Part shown: piece by piece, positions 1-13,347 of the stretch
Layout: every line of letters begins with the position of its first letter
Position numbering within the stretch: the first letter of the stretch is position 1
Source: Eledone cirrhosa
Lineage: Eukaryota
Reading direction: 5' to 3'
Assembly: GCA_964016885.1 (NCBI GenBank)
Contig: OZ024743.1
Location: 241,428,001-241,492,000, forward strand
DNA length: 64,000 nt
The notes under the pieces: generated by a model
What the model saw: the letters and a program-made list of their open reading frames with translations, nothing else
The model's database searches: none
What the model was told of the DNA's origin: nothing
Made by a program: the position numbers and the translations under genes

Positions 1-36
1 TTCATTTTGTAAAGAAAACCTCACTTTCTAATATAA

Positions 37-90
<54 letters not shown>

Positions 91-91
<1 letters not shown>

Positions 92-757
92 TGAATAAAA
101 TTAGTCCTTCATCAGTGATCTTCCAGCCTTCATTGGTATTTCATCACTTTAAAGACCATATACCTCTGGTTGGTGCGAGCAACGGCTAAAGAAAGTCGTT
201 GGGACACGTAAATAGGGGGAACGAGCGAGACAGTAAACAAACAAAGATGGTAATGCAACGAAAAGTGAGGAAGAAGGAGTCAAGTCCCTGAAATCGATGA
301 ACATAAGTTCTGTGAAATCGTGGACGAGAGAATAAAGACCATCCAACCTGGTCGAAATGTGAGAGAGGAAAGAATTTCGCACAGGTCAAAGGGGGGGAAG
401 TGATGGAGAGGGAGTAGCAGAGAGTGAGTGAGTGAAAGTGTGAGGAAGAGGCTAACAGAGAGAGTGACTGGCCGAAGGGGTAAAAAGAAAGTGAGAGATA
501 CAGAGAAAGGGGAAGCAGTAAGAAAGAAACAGACGGGTCACAGCGGAGGAAAATATATAAATATATGAAAAAATAGCGTGCTGCGTCGTTGCAAATGGGT
601 TACATATGAATAAAATTAATCCTTCATCAGTGATCTTCCAGCCTTCATTGGTATTTCATCGCTTTAAAGACCATATACCTCTGGTTGGTGCGAGCAACGG
701 CTAAAGAAAGTCGTTGGGACACGTAAATAGGGGGAACGAGCGAGACAGTAAACAAAG
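91..757. mobile_element. Non-coding element with ~150-bp direct repeats (91-243 and 606-757, period ~515 bp) between (TA)n tracts; probable non-autonomous PLE-type insertion
   Basis: Near-identical ATGAATAAAATT...GAGACAGTAAACAAA at both ends; TA runs on both flanks; no credible ORF. Confidence 0.5.
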
Positions 758-775
758 AAAAAGGGTATATATATA

Positions 776-1262
776 TAAAATATGAGTAGTTAAGATGGGA
801 TTATTTTACCATAATTGTTTATTGCATGATATACATGGTTATGCATGTGACTTCATCGGATGCTTAAGCAATCATACGTACAGTAGGTGCAGTTATGCAA
901 TCATTTGGACATGCTGCTGGCCATGTATAACTATCCTCTAGTGATGGCAACAGTCATATTTATACATGGCCAGCAGCATATACCAATGATTACATAACTG
1001 TACCTATGATTGCGTAAGAATCTGATGAACTCATATGAATAACCACGCAACAGAAATATATATCATGTAATAAAGCAATTATTGTGAAATCATTTCGTCT
1101 TAACTATTCTTATTTGATAAATGAATACTCCGTCACTCCTAATCACCAACTCATACCTGGGATAAACTACTGACATGAAGTGCTTTTGGATCGCTCGGAC
1201 CGGTTTATCCTCAAGAAGTTACGATGTAACAACTACTTATAAGCAACATTACTTCTGCAACA
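776..1262. mobile_element. Diverged fold-back element (family A), arms ~776-951/958-1119, ~140-nt extension on the right
   Basis: TAGTTAAGATG/CGTCTTAACTA and TGCTGCTGGCCATGTATAA/TTATACATGGCCAGCAGCA are reverse complements; degenerate HHR CTGATGA(1022)...GAAA TATATA TC(1064). Confidence 0.65.
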
Positions 1263-2078
1263 TACATATATATGTATATATACGTATATTCATATTTCCA
1301 TATATATACATACATACCCCGCCACACATACGCGCATGAATATACGTGCATATATACGCACGAAAGTAGCCCTTCGAATGCACACAAACACCCACATACG
1401 CCCACATACACAAACAATAGGGGCGATGCTTATATATATATCCATTATCTCACAAATCACAGCAAAGACTATATTTTTTGTCGGATCGCCAGTCGGAAGT
1501 GCAGATCGATATTGGAGTCGGATTCATAAATTCTACGTGTGACCCTGCGCTACTCCTCTGCAAAACATGCGTAATACAATAACAAATTCAACACATGTAA
1601 ACGAAACTTCATCGTTTTTATTAATATAGACACTCTGCTGTGCATCGAGTGCTCGTAATTCACTGAATCACATACACTGCATATATATATATACAGGTAA
1701 AACTTGAACCGTTAAGGTCTCACTCCTGGATATGTCAATATTTATAAAACAAACTTTGTATTTTATCTGATGTGTGCGTACCAAAGTTTTGTTACCCTTG
1801 AAATATATATAACAGAATAAATATGGTTTTATAAATATAGTTTCCATTTATTAATATCATATATATTATAAGTATGTATACATACATACATATATGTATA
1901 CAGACGTACAGTAGTATGTATATATATACATACATGCACACATATATATATATATGTACGTATGGATTTACCGAACATTTATTATAATGCTTGGTTTGTT
2001 TGTAAACAAACATTCCGAATTAAGCCGTACAGTGTTTAGCAACCATCGTTGCTCTTTTCTTCAACACTGACAAAGGAA

Positions 2079-2119
2079 CGCTGTACTAGTTTCAAGCTTA
2101 TTAGCTATCGTCAGCAACG
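2079..2119 (-). ncRNA. Minimal type I hammerhead ribozyme (family B)
   Basis: CGTTG-CTGACGA-TAGCT aata AGCTT-GAAA-CTAG-TA-CAGCG; stem I CGTTG/CAGCG, GUA cleavage triplet, U-U at base of stem II. Confidence 0.75.
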
Positions 2120-2241
2120 TATACGTTCCTGCCAGATGATTGAACGTCTGAAAGTATATACTTTCCTTATGCATATTAACGTTAATATGCATAAGGAAAG
2201 TATATGCTTTCAGACGTTCAATCATCTGACAGGAAGGTATA

Positions 2242-2282
2242 CGGTGCTGACGATAGCTAATAAGCTTGAAACTAGTACATCG
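2242..2282 (+). ncRNA. Minimal type I hammerhead ribozyme (family B)
   Basis: CGGTG-CTGACGA-TAGCT aata AGCTT-GAAA-CTAG-TA-CATCG; stem I still pairs despite two differences from the mirror copy. Confidence 0.75.
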
Positions 2283-2570
2283 TTCCTTTGTCAGTGTTGA
2301 ATAAAAGGGCAACGATGGTTGCTAAACACTGTACGGCTTAATTCGGGATGTTTGTTTACAAACAAACCGAGCATTATAATAAATGTTCGGTGAATCCATA
2401 CGTACATATATATATATATATGTGTGCATGCATGTATATATATGCATACTACTGTACATCTGTATACATATATGTATGTACGTATACATACTTATATTTA
2501 AGTAACAGCCGTACTAAGAGTGAGAAATGAAATTTCGTTTCATTTTTTCCATATATATATTACATATATG

Positions 2571-2740
2571 CAAGGTGCCCCAAAAGAACGTATAATACAC
2601 TTTCATTTGAATGCTATTCAAATCTGTGTACATTTTTGGGACACCCTGTATATATATATATATATATATTCACGCACAGGGTGACCCCCAAAAATGTATA
2701 CACACATGAACAGCATTCAAAAATGAAAGTGTATACATTC
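2571..2740. mobile_element. Two ~80-bp Tc1/mariner-like MITEs (2571-2649; truncated inverted copy 2677-2740)
   Basis: Imperfect TIRs CAAGGTGCCCCAAAA / TTTTTGGGACACCCTG followed by TA; second copy starts CAGGGTGACCCCCAAAAATGTA. Confidence 0.55.
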
Positions 2741-2896
2741 GGATCCAGCTGTCTAAAGGACTGGAGCTCACCCATCGGGTCCTGACTCTTTTCATCATAT
2801 TACCCACTCTACTACCCTAAGTATTGAGTAATCTTACCACACCATCTTTGTTGTTTACATATATATATATATACACACATATATATATATATATAC

Positions 2897-2939
<43 letters not shown>

Positions 2940-3092
2940 CGAATGAGGTGTGGTAAAGAACCAGATGGACCATATCGCACCAGAGTGCTCAATACTTAGA
3001 GTAGTAGAGTGGGTAATAGGGAAAAGTTTAACCCCGACGGCAGAGCTCAAGCCGTTTCGACGGCTATTTCTGAAATACTCCAGAAATTGTTC
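2740..3092. mobile_element. Two copies (2740-2855 +, 2938-3092 -) of a short (TA)n-associated repeat also at 17205-17395 and 26885-27045
   Basis: Shared GAGCTC...ATTACCCACTCTACTAC.CTAAGTATTGAG block. Confidence 0.6.
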
Positions 3093-3093
3093 C

Positions 3094-3165
<72 letters not shown>

Positions 3166-3168
<3 letters not shown>

Positions 3169-3575
3169 TAATAAAAACAATGACTAAAAACAAAGAAACA
3201 GTTCCTTATATTAAAAAATCCATCATTTTACGATCGTTTCTAGGATATATATGTGTGTGTTGGTATGTATATCATATAGATCTATGTAAAAATGTTACAA
3301 ACTATCAGAGGGAATATACATACCTACACATATATATGGTGTTTTCAAAAATAATCATATATATCCTAGAAACGATCGTAATCATATATATCCTAGAAAC
3401 GATCGTAAAATGATGAATTTTTTAATATAAGGAACTGTTTCTTTGTTTTTATTCATTGCTTTTATTAATTTATCTTGACTCTGTTTTCCTGTGATTTTCA
3501 TCGAAAAAATATTTGAATACATCTCTTTTCATGATATTTGGATTATATTGAGTTCTTCATACGGATTGGACGCTA
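3166..3575. mobile_element. Fold-back element (family C), arms ~3166-3252/3385-3471, ~100-nt right extension, internal 27-bp tandem duplication
   Basis: AAAGAAACAGTTCCTTATATTAAAAAAT inverted at ~3420-3445; GAAA-CGATCG-TA half-HHR present, CUGANGA half not found. Confidence 0.75.
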
Positions 3576-3595
3576 CCGTATATTTTTGGTAGATT

Positions 3596-3779
<184 letters not shown>

Positions 3780-4164
3780 AGAATGATAGAGAGACAAACA
3801 TACACATAGAAAGATAGATAGATAGATATGTTAGCGCCATTTCTATCAGTTTGATGTTAAAAACCACACATTTTTTTCTATACGTGGGTATTGACATCTA
3901 GAAGGACATTAGAACTTTTAGCTGACGTAAATATACATATGCACAGAATTTCCTTTTTATAATGTAACTGTACGCGAACAATCACAGATATACAAACACT
4001 CCCCTAAACATCTCTATACATGCAAGCAACCACTCAGTGTTATGTACTGTTTGTCCTTAAATGCACTATATCCGATATTAATGCATACACACACACAGAG
4101 ACACACACACACCCACAAACACAAATACACACAAATACACACACTCATATATATATATATATAT

Positions 4165-4452
4165 ATAAACGGAAAAAAATGAAACGAAATTCCATTTCTC
4201 ACTCTTAGTACGGCTGTTACTTAAATATAAGTATGTATACAGACGAACAGTAGTATGTATATATATACATACATGCACACATATATACGTATGGATTTAC
4301 CGAACATTTATTATAATGCTCGGTGTGTTTGTAAACAAACATCCCGTATTAAGCCGAAAATGTTCGGTAAATCCATACGAATATATATATATGTGTGCAT
4401 GTATGTATATATATACATACTACTGTACGTCTGTATACATATATGTATGTAC

Positions 4453-4455
<3 letters not shown>
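4165..4455. mobile_element. Family B copy 2, short fold-back truncated before the HHR
   Basis: 4165-4356 is the reverse complement of the family B 3' region; 4358-4453 repeats part of it in the opposite orientation; (TA)n both sides. Confidence 0.85.
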
Positions 4456-4523
<68 letters not shown>

Positions 4524-4577
4524 TATATGTGTGTGTATATATATATATATATATTAATACACACAAACTTATATATA

Positions 4578-4872
4578 TCTAATATATATTTCTGAAATGG
4601 GTGGTGGTTGAAATTCAGATGTGCACGGTTAAATGGTAGTAGAGGTCGTCGGACTGACATGAAAATTTACACACCTATGTAAAAACTGCCAAGGAAACAA
4701 ATAGACGAGGTTTCAAATCTCTAACTTGAAAAATGTGGTCCCTGGGGCCCCAAAACTATCGCGTTCGGAGAGTTATTTCCCCCTGTTCTAATACTTTTGT
4801 CTTATTTACAATTTCATACAAATAAAGCAGTAAATAAAGGATTATGATTTCATGCAATTGACTTATGTTTCG

Positions 4873-4946
<74 letters not shown>

Positions 4947-5393
4947 GAAAACGCTTTAATAAAAAAAATGTCAAACGTAATGTATGTATGAATGTATTTA
5001 TGTGTTTATATGAGCGGGGTATGCAAGTAAATCTTACTTCGGGGACAGCTTATCCTTAGCATAATATTCATGCTAGAACAGCATATATTTGAAAGTTTTC
5101 AGGGAGTTGAAATACTGATTTTGGATCGGCAGCTTAAGCTTTGAAAAAATGAAATGTGCAGTGTAAAAACGTTTTATTATTCCTCCGGGGATGAATCTTC
5201 TCTGCATTTTTTATCTCTTTCTTTCTCTCTGGAAGAAATCAGCCGTAGTAAGACCTAAAAAAATGGTTAGATACACCATGAAGCACCGTGCATCACGGTG
5301 GAGTTGAAAAGCAGACTCAAAACATGGCGTTGTGTGGGCGTGGCTCGCAGCCGAATGTTCCAGGGGGAGCAAAAGAAGAAGAAGAAGAAGAAG

Positions 5394-5424
<31 letters not shown>

Positions 5425-6603
5425 GAGCTGGAGTCCTATCAAATATGTAGGTTGTGTCTTAAATTGAAGGTTTAGTAGAAACAATTCATGTATAGTTTTG
5501 TACTTTTCTTTTTGTCATTCATATATAAACAAATCTACTATATAAATTGGAAGTGGACGGACGTTGTATATCTAGGTATAGTCGGATAAACGTCGAAATG
5601 GCTTGGTAGAATCCAGCGAAAATTTACACAGTTATGCAGAATGACGCGAGGAGGCGTTGGGTAGACTTTCAAGCTACAAGCTTCCATGGTTACGGAGAAA
5701 ATCGATGAAACAGGAATTTCCCATTCAAATTGAACTGAGAGTAATCTGTGAACGCAGAAGTAAATATTTCGAGAAACGTTCCAACAGAAGGAAAACAGGA
5801 AGACGATATTTTGGTTCGTGAAGACGTTCCCTGGCAATGAACGGGAAAAAAGCGAGGATAATACGTCGTTATGTGGGGCGTGAAGAACAATTTCATGCAA
5901 AGACAAGACCAAGTTTATGGTATAAATGGAGTCGTTAGACTAATATTCTATTTAAAATAACAGAATGATTTCCAGTCCCGGAGTTTAAGAATGGTGTAAA
6001 TAAAATTGAAAACGAAAATAACAGAGGTTATTAATATAGTAAAAGTAAATAGTGAAGATTTAGGCCAGTACATACGTATGCCCCAACGGACATACACATA
6101 CATACGCACACACAAATACATACCCCCCCTCCCACACACACACAGACACACACGAACGCACGCGCGTATGTATAAACCTTATGCATTTTTACAGTATTTT
6201 CACCAAACTTAAGACATAGGTTACTTATGTACTCCGGATGGTCATAGGCACTGTCATTTTTCCAGATACTGATTATAGCCCCCCCCCCCCGGCAGATAAA
6301 CACTTTAACCACTTTAACCGCTTCCTTGGAGTCGACTGAAGCACTGCAGTGCAATGCAACAAAACGTCATAACTTCTGGAGTTCGCAAAACGTGACACAT
6401 GGTCTACGTTTGTCCTACAGATGAATGTTAACTCTCAGAATTGACACATATTGGGTAGGGGACCCCTGGGGGCAGGAACCCCGTTTTGGAAAAAGCCGAT
6501 GATTTTGTAAAAGTATAGTTTTCGAAGCAGCACCGAAGTATTGACATAAATGGTATACACAACTGCTATTTAATATCCGAGCAACGCCGCGTACCTCTGC
6601 TAG
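4578..6603 (+). mobile_element. Possible non-autonomous Helitron
   Basis: A|TCTAATATAT start and CCGAGCAACGCCGCGTACCTCTG-CTAG|T end resemble TC...hairpin-CTAG Helitron termini in an A|T site; pairing of the two ends is unproven. Confidence 0.45.
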
Positions 6604-6626
6604 TACATATATATTTGTAAATAAAC

Positions 6627-6670
<44 letters not shown>

Positions 6671-6695
6671 GTGTGTGTGTATTTATGTAAATATA

Positions 6696-6778
<83 letters not shown>

Positions 6779-6850
6779 ATACTTTGGGAGGGTCATGTTG
6801 CCAATAAGAAACACACGCACCAGTTGCTTTCACTTCAATTTATTATATAG

Positions 6851-7120
6851 GTGTACATAGGTGAGACAGCTCGTAGTGTAGGGGAACGGATAAATGAACA
6901 CTGGCGAGACCTTCAAGATAATAAAGAATCATCTGTACTCTACCAACATGCTAAGATAGAACACAAGGGTAAATTAGAGAACATAGAAATAAAAATAGAA
7001 TCTACACACAGAAAAGACGCAATGTTTAGACAAATTACAGAGGCAATAAACATAAAAGAATTACAACCAAAATTAAATAGAAAATATGAGTGGAACAGCA
7101 ACATCACAACTTACAATTAA
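6851..7120 (+). pseudogene. PLE GIY-YIG endonuclease C-terminal fragment
   Basis: YIGETARSVGERINEH...SVLYQH...RQITEAINI...PKLN motif series. Confidence 0.9.
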
Positions 7121-7320
7121 GGACAAAATGAAAACACACACACACATAGAACAAACAACCAACCAGTAACATGTAAATAAACAAATAAACAAATGAACAT
7201 AAACACACACAGACATCCGGATGTGGCGCATGCGCAGACTGAGCACACAACACACACACAGAAACAAAATGGCGTAGGACAGAACAAAGGAGAGGCACAG
7301 AAACAAAGAAAGGAATCCCC

Positions 7321-7365
7321 AGTCACTGAAGAGGTCACAGAGTGTGTGACGAAAGAACTATGACT
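7321..7365 (+). ncRNA. Minimal type I hammerhead ribozyme (family D)
   Basis: AGTCA-CTGAAGA-G-GTCACA gagtg TGTGAC-GAAA-GAAC-TA-TGACT; stems I and II perfect, stem III minimal. Confidence 0.8.
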
Positions 7366-7616
7366 ATATATAAACAACTATCTGGTTGTGGAACCAACCA
7401 ACCAACCAGAAATTTATAAATTTATAAATTTATAAATATATAATAAATTGAAGTGAAATAACTGGTGCGTGTGTTTCTTATTGGCAACATGACTCTACCA
7501 AAGTATAACAATATCGGTTTCAACACACGATTTCAGAAAAAGAATCTTGCTAAACAAATTCAGAAACGAAATATATATATATATATTTACATAAATACAC
7601 ACACACATATATATAA

Positions 7617-7681
<65 letters not shown>

Positions 7682-7964
7682 TACACACGTGCAAACACAC
7701 ATCTGTGTAACTCAGTGTGTGTGTGTCTATGTGTGTAAGTAAGTGTCTACATACACATAAATGAATATATTATTGAATTTAGCAGGAACTCTGTAAATGT
7801 TGCTTCATCATAATTTTAACTTAATTGAAGTATGAAATAAAATGAAGGAAAACTTGTCATAAGTACAACATAATGTTACAATGATTGAGTCATATGTCTA
7901 TTGTGGAGAGGATGTGAGGTAGAGGTTAGGGTGTACGGCTGATGATCGTGAGGGTTGGAGTTTA

Positions 7965-8750
7965 ATGGTGGCGGTGGTGGTGGTAGTGGTGGTGGCGGTG
8001 GTGGTGGTGGCGGCGGTAGTGGTGGTGGTGGTGGTGATGGTGGTGGCGGTGGTGGTGGTGGTGGTAGTGGGTGTGGTGATGGTGGTGGTAGTGGTGGTGG
8101 TGGTGATGTTGGTGTTAATGGTGGTGGTGGGGGGATCGTAATGGTGATGGTGGATATGGTGGTGGTGGTAATGGTGGTGGTGGTGGTAATGGTGATAGTG
8201 GTTGTGGTGGTGGTGGTGATGGTGATGGTGGTGGTGGTGGTGGTGGTGGTAGTGGTAATGGTGATAGTGGTGATGGTGATGGTGGTGGTGGTGGTGGTAA
8301 TGTCGGGGTGGTGGTGGAGATGGTGGTGTGGTGGTAATGGTGGTGGTGGTGGTAATGGTGATGGCGGTGGTAATGGTGATGGTGGTTGTGATGGTGATGG
8401 TGGTGGTGGGGGTGGTAATGGTGGGGTGAAGATGGTGGTGTGGTGGTAATGGAGGTGGTGGTGGTAATGGTGATGGTGGCTGTGGTGGTGGTGGTGATGG
8501 TGATGGTGGTGGTGGTGGTGGTGGTGGAGATGGTGGTGTGGTGGTAATGGTGGTGGTGGGGTGGTAATGGTGGCGTGGTGATGGGATGATGATGAGGGAG
8601 AGGGGGGATAATGGTGGTAGTGGTGGTGTTAATGCTGGTGATGGAGGGATCGTAATGGTGGTGGTGGAGATGGAGGTCGGTGGTAATGGTAGTGTTGGTT
8701 GTGGTGGTGGTGATGGTGGTGGTGGTGGAGTTGATAGTGATGGTGGTGGT
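7965..8750. repeat. (GGT)n-derived low-complexity tract
   Basis: Degenerate GGT/GAT/AAT triplets. Confidence 0.9.
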
Positions 8751-11310
8751 ACTGAGGTGGTAGTGGTACTGATGGTACTACTGGTGGTAGTGGTACTGGT
8801 GGTAGTACTGGTGGTAGTGGTAGTACTGGTGGTAGTGGTATTGATGGGACTACTGGTGGTAGTGGTACTGGTGGTAGTACTGGTGGTAGTGGTACTGATG
8901 GTACTACTGGTGGTAGTGGTACTGATGGTACTACTGGTGGTAGTGGTACTGATGGTAGTACTGGTGGTAGTGGTACTGATGGTAGTACTGGTGGTAGTAC
9001 TGGTGGTAGTGGTACTGATGGTACTACTGGTGGTAGTGGTACTGATGGTAGTACTGGTGGTAGTGGTACTGATGGTAGTACTGGTGGTAGTGGTACTGAT
9101 GGTAGTACTGGTGGTAGTGGTACTGATGGTAGTACTGGTGGTAGTGGTACTGATGGTAGTACTGGTGGTAGTGGTACTGATGGTAGTACTGGTGGTAGTG
9201 GTGTTGATGGTAGTACTGGTGGTAGTGGTACTGATGGTAGTACTGGTGGTAGTGGTACTGATGGTAGTACTGGTGGTAGTGGTAGTACTGGTGGTAGTAC
9301 TGGTGGTATTGGTACTGATGGTAGTACTGGTGGTAGTGGTATTGATGGTAGTACTGGTGGTAGTGGTACTGATGGTAGTACTGGTGGTAGTGGTAGTACT
9401 GGTGGTAGTACTGGTGGTAGTGGTACTGATGGTAGTACTGGTGGTAGTGGTATTGATGGTAGTACTGGTGGTAGTGGTACTGATGGTAGTACTGGTGGTA
9501 GTGGTACTGATGGTAGTACTGGTGGTAGTGGTAGTACTGGTGGTAGTACTGGTGGTAGTGGTACTGATGGTAGTACTGGTGGTAGTGGTATTGATGGTAG
9601 TACTGGTGGTAGTGGTACTGATGGTAGTTCTGGTGGTAGTGGTACTGATGGTAGTACTGGTGGTAGTGGTAGTACTGGTGGTAGTACTGGTGGTAGTGGT
9701 ACTGATGGTAGTACTGGTGGTAGTGGTATTGATGGTAGTACTGGTGGTAGTGGTACTGATGGTAGTACTGGTGGTAGTGGTAGTACTGGTGGTAGTGGTA
9801 CTGATGGTAGTACTGGTGGTAGTGGTAGTACTGGTGGTAGTACTGGTGGTAGTGGTACTGATGGTAGTACTGGTGGTAGTGGTACTGATGGTAGTACTAG
9901 TGGTAGTGGTACTGATGGTAGTACTGGTGGTAGTGGTACTGATGGTAGTACTGGTGGTAGTGGTACTGATGGTACTACTGGTGGTAGTGGTACTGATGGT
10001 AGTACTGGTGGTAGTGGTACTGATGGTAGTACTGGTGGTAGTGGTACTGATGGTAGTACTGGTGGTAGTGGTACTGATGGTAGTACTGGTGGTAGTGGTA
10101 CTGATGGTAGTACTGGTGGTAGTGGTACTGGTGGTAGTGGTACTGATGGTAGTACTGGTGGTAGTGGTACTGATGGTAGTACTGGTGGTAGTGGTACTGG
10201 TGGTAGTGGTACTACTGGTGGTACTGATGGTAGTACTGGTGGTAGTGGTACTGATGGTAGTACTGGTGGTAGTGGTACTGATGGTAGTACTGGTGGTAGT
10301 GGTACTGATGGTAGTACTGCTGGTCGTGGTACTGATGGTAGTACTGGTGGTAGTGGTACTGATGGTAGTACTGGTGGTAGTGGTACTGATGGTAGTACTG
10401 GTGGTAGTGGTACTGGTGGTAGTACTGGTGGTAGTGGTACTGGTGGTAGTGGTACTGATGGTAGTACTGGTGGTCGTGGTACTGATGGTAGTACTGGTGG
10501 TAGTGGTACTGATGGTAGTACTGGTGGTAGTGGTGTTGATGGTAGTACTGGTGGTAGTGGTACTGATGGTAGTACTGGTGGTAGTGGTACTGATGGTACT
10601 ACTGGTGGTAGTGGTACTGATGGTAGTACTGGTGGTAGTGGTACTGATGGTAGTACTGGTGGTAGTGGTACTGGTGGTAGTACTGGTGGTAGTGGTACTG
10701 GTGGTAGTGGTACTGATGGTAGTACTGGTGGTCGTGGTACTGATGGTAGTACTGGTGGTAGTGGTGTTGATGGTAGTACTGGTGGTAGTGGTACTGATGG
10801 TAGTACTGGTGGTAGTGGTGTTGATGGTAGTACTGGTGGTAGTGGTACTGATGGTAGTACTGGTGGTAGTGGTACTGGTGGTAGTGGTACTGATGGTAGT
10901 ACTGGTGGTAGTGGTACTGATGGTAGTACTGGTGGTAGTGGTACTGATGGTAGTACTGGTGGTAGTGGTACTGATGGTAGTACTGGTGTAGTGGTACTGA
11001 TGGTAGTACTGGTGGTAGTGGTACTGATGGTACTACTGGTGGTAGTGGTACTGATGGTAGTACTGGTGGTAGTGGTACTGATGGTAGTACTGGTGGTAGT
11101 GGTACTGATGGTAGTACTGGTGGTAGTGGTACTGATGGTACTACTGGTGGTAGTGGTACTGATGGTAGTACTGGTGGTAGTGGTATTACTGGTGGTAGTG
11201 GTACTGGTGGTAGTACTGGTGGTAGTGGTACTGATGGTAGTACTGGTGGTAGTGGTACTGATGGTAGTACTGGTGGTAGTGGTACTGATGGTAGTACTGG
11301 TGGTAGTGCT
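8751..11310. repeat. 27-bp minisatellite, unit GGTAGTACTGGTGGTAGTGGTACTGAT, roughly 90-95 copies
   Basis: Direct reading; variants differ mainly by triplet-multiple indels; one 1-bp deletion at ~10988. Confidence 0.95.
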
Positions 11311-11449
11311 GGGGTAGTGGTAGTGGTGTTCCTGGTAGTGACAGTGGTGATGGTGGTGGTGGTTGCCTTCGGATGGGTTGTTATGGGTAGCTCTTCCATA
11401 TAGATCACACGGGCAGTATTGGAGTATAGCGTTCCTTATGATGCATTTC

Positions 11450-11780
11450 TATTGCTGTTATTATTGTTGTTACTGTTGATGTTACTGTTGTTGTTGTTAC
11501 TGTTGTTGTTGTTACTGTTGTTGTTGTTACTGTTGTTATTGTTACTGTTGATGTTACTATTGTTGTTGTAACTAGTGTTGTTACTGTTGTTGTTACTGTT
11601 GTTGTTGTAACTAGTGCTGTTACTGTTGTTGTTGTTGTTGTTGTTGTTACTGTTGATGTTACTAGTGTTGTTAGTGTTGTTGTTACTGGTGTTGTTACTG
11701 ATGTTGTTGTTACTGTAGATGTTGTTACTGTAGTTGTTGTTGCTGTAGTTGTTGTTGTTGTTGTAGCTGTTGTTGCTGTC
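11450..11780. repeat. (GTT)n-derived low-complexity tract
   Basis: GTT/ACT/GAT triplets. Confidence 0.9.
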
Positions 11781-11993
11781 AGTGTCACGTGTTGCTGTTC
11801 TGAGACGAAGTGACAGGTAAAAGATAGGAAACGATGGAAGGAAAGAAGTCAATAAATATCAGAATAGCAAGAAACAAGTCACTTGTGAAGTGTGCTGATT
11901 GATGAAGTGAACTTAATGTCTTTCTACAGCTGCAGTTATGAACGCCTATATATATATATATATTATACACACACGTACACAAACACTCACACA

Positions 11994-12057
<64 letters not shown>

Positions 12058-12166
12058 TATATATATATATATATAATACGTATAGTATTGAGAGAAAGAT
12101 GGAGTATTATAGAAAGAATGTTGTGTGCTTGCATGTATATTTTATTAAGTAGATGTAAGTATATAG

Positions 12167-12205
<39 letters not shown>

Positions 12206-12209
12206 TATG

Positions 12210-12258
<49 letters not shown>

Positions 12259-12262
12259 TATG

Positions 12263-12296
<34 letters not shown>

Positions 12297-12328
12297 GCAT
12301 ATATGTAATTCATATATACATATATATG

Positions 12329-12359
<31 letters not shown>

Positions 12360-12383
12360 AGAATATTTATACATTTATATAAA

Positions 12384-12426
<43 letters not shown>

Positions 12427-12875
12427 TATATGTAATTCATATATACAAAGAGAATTATTTCTATGTAAGCTGTACGTATTTATATACAACGACTGACTCA
12501 ATATTTGAAGTGGGTTATTCGTTCAAAAATGATTCATTCAGTTACTACTCAGGGTTTTTCGCTCTCACCAGCCTTTATGAATGAATAAAAATATATATAT
12601 AACAATATAATTGAATCATGCAGTTATTAGTCTAAACCCATATATGAAACGCTATTGCCGCTCAAATACTACAAAGGTACCTCAATATCAAAGATTCACA
12701 TTAACAAGGCTAGAAATGAACGGAAATATATTGAGGAGGGAAGAAATAGAATATATACGAAAAAACCTTCGTTAACCTTCAAACAGCCTCATAACTCTTT
12801 CTCCCACTTCCCCCTACCTCTACCCATCTCTCTTTCCCTTGCTTCTCCTCTCTCTATCCCTCTTTTCTCCTCTCT

Positions 12876-13075
12876 NNNNNNNNNNNNNNNNNNNNNNNNN
12901 NNNNNNNNNNNNNNNNNNNNNNNNNNNNNNNNNNNNNNNNNNNNNNNNNNNNNNNNNNNNNNNNNNNNNNNNNNNNNNNNNNNNNNNNNNNNNNNNNNNN
13001 NNNNNNNNNNNNNNNNNNNNNNNNNNNNNNNNNNNNNNNNNNNNNNNNNNNNNNNNNNNNNNNNNNNNNNNNNNN
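12876..13075. other. Assembly gap (200 N)
   Basis: Run of exactly 200 N; adjacency across it is uncertain. Confidence 1.
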
Positions 13076-13347
13076 ATATTTCTTCATTTTCACAAACCCA
13101 TATTATAAAAAGTCAAAAACAATTCTCCAATGAGCTTGACTCTGCTCAACACGACAAGAAAATAAAGAAAGATAGAAGAGAAAGAAGCCCAAAAGGTAAA
13201 AAGGAAAAACAAAGCAGAATATGAGTGAATGAAAATAATTATTTGATGACGGATGATTCACTTTAAAAATGACATAACTGATACCTTGTTGAATTCATAC
13301 ATTTACAAACAATATAATTTACTGAGTTTAACCTAACCTTGTTGCGT

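Larger units (their letters stand above)
1867..2550. mobile_element. Spacerless fold-back element (family B, copy 1), axis 2180/2181, ~315-bp arms plus 54-nt right extension
   Basis: GCATATTAAC|GTTAATATGC axis; ORFs 2049+ and 2061- are near-identical mirror translations; one HHR per arm. Confidence 0.9.
6773..7570 (+). mobile_element. 5'-truncated PLE (family D, copy 1) with inverted 3' segment 6773-6843
   Basis: GIY-YIG remnant, HHR in 3' UTR, 6773-6843 is the reverse complement of ~7443-7513; (TA)n flanks. Confidence 0.9.

Noticed and set aside
105-200. Hammerhead in the 91-757 element
   Set aside because: CTGATGA on the minus strand has no matching stem II-GAAA-UH; alternative folds need three or more core mismatches
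8586-10991. 801-aa Val/Leu/Met-rich ORF as a membrane protein
   Set aside because: One frame of a 27-bp satellite that has no stop in most frames
12655-13224. ORFs spanning 12.9-13.1 kb
   Set aside because: Open only because they cross the N gap
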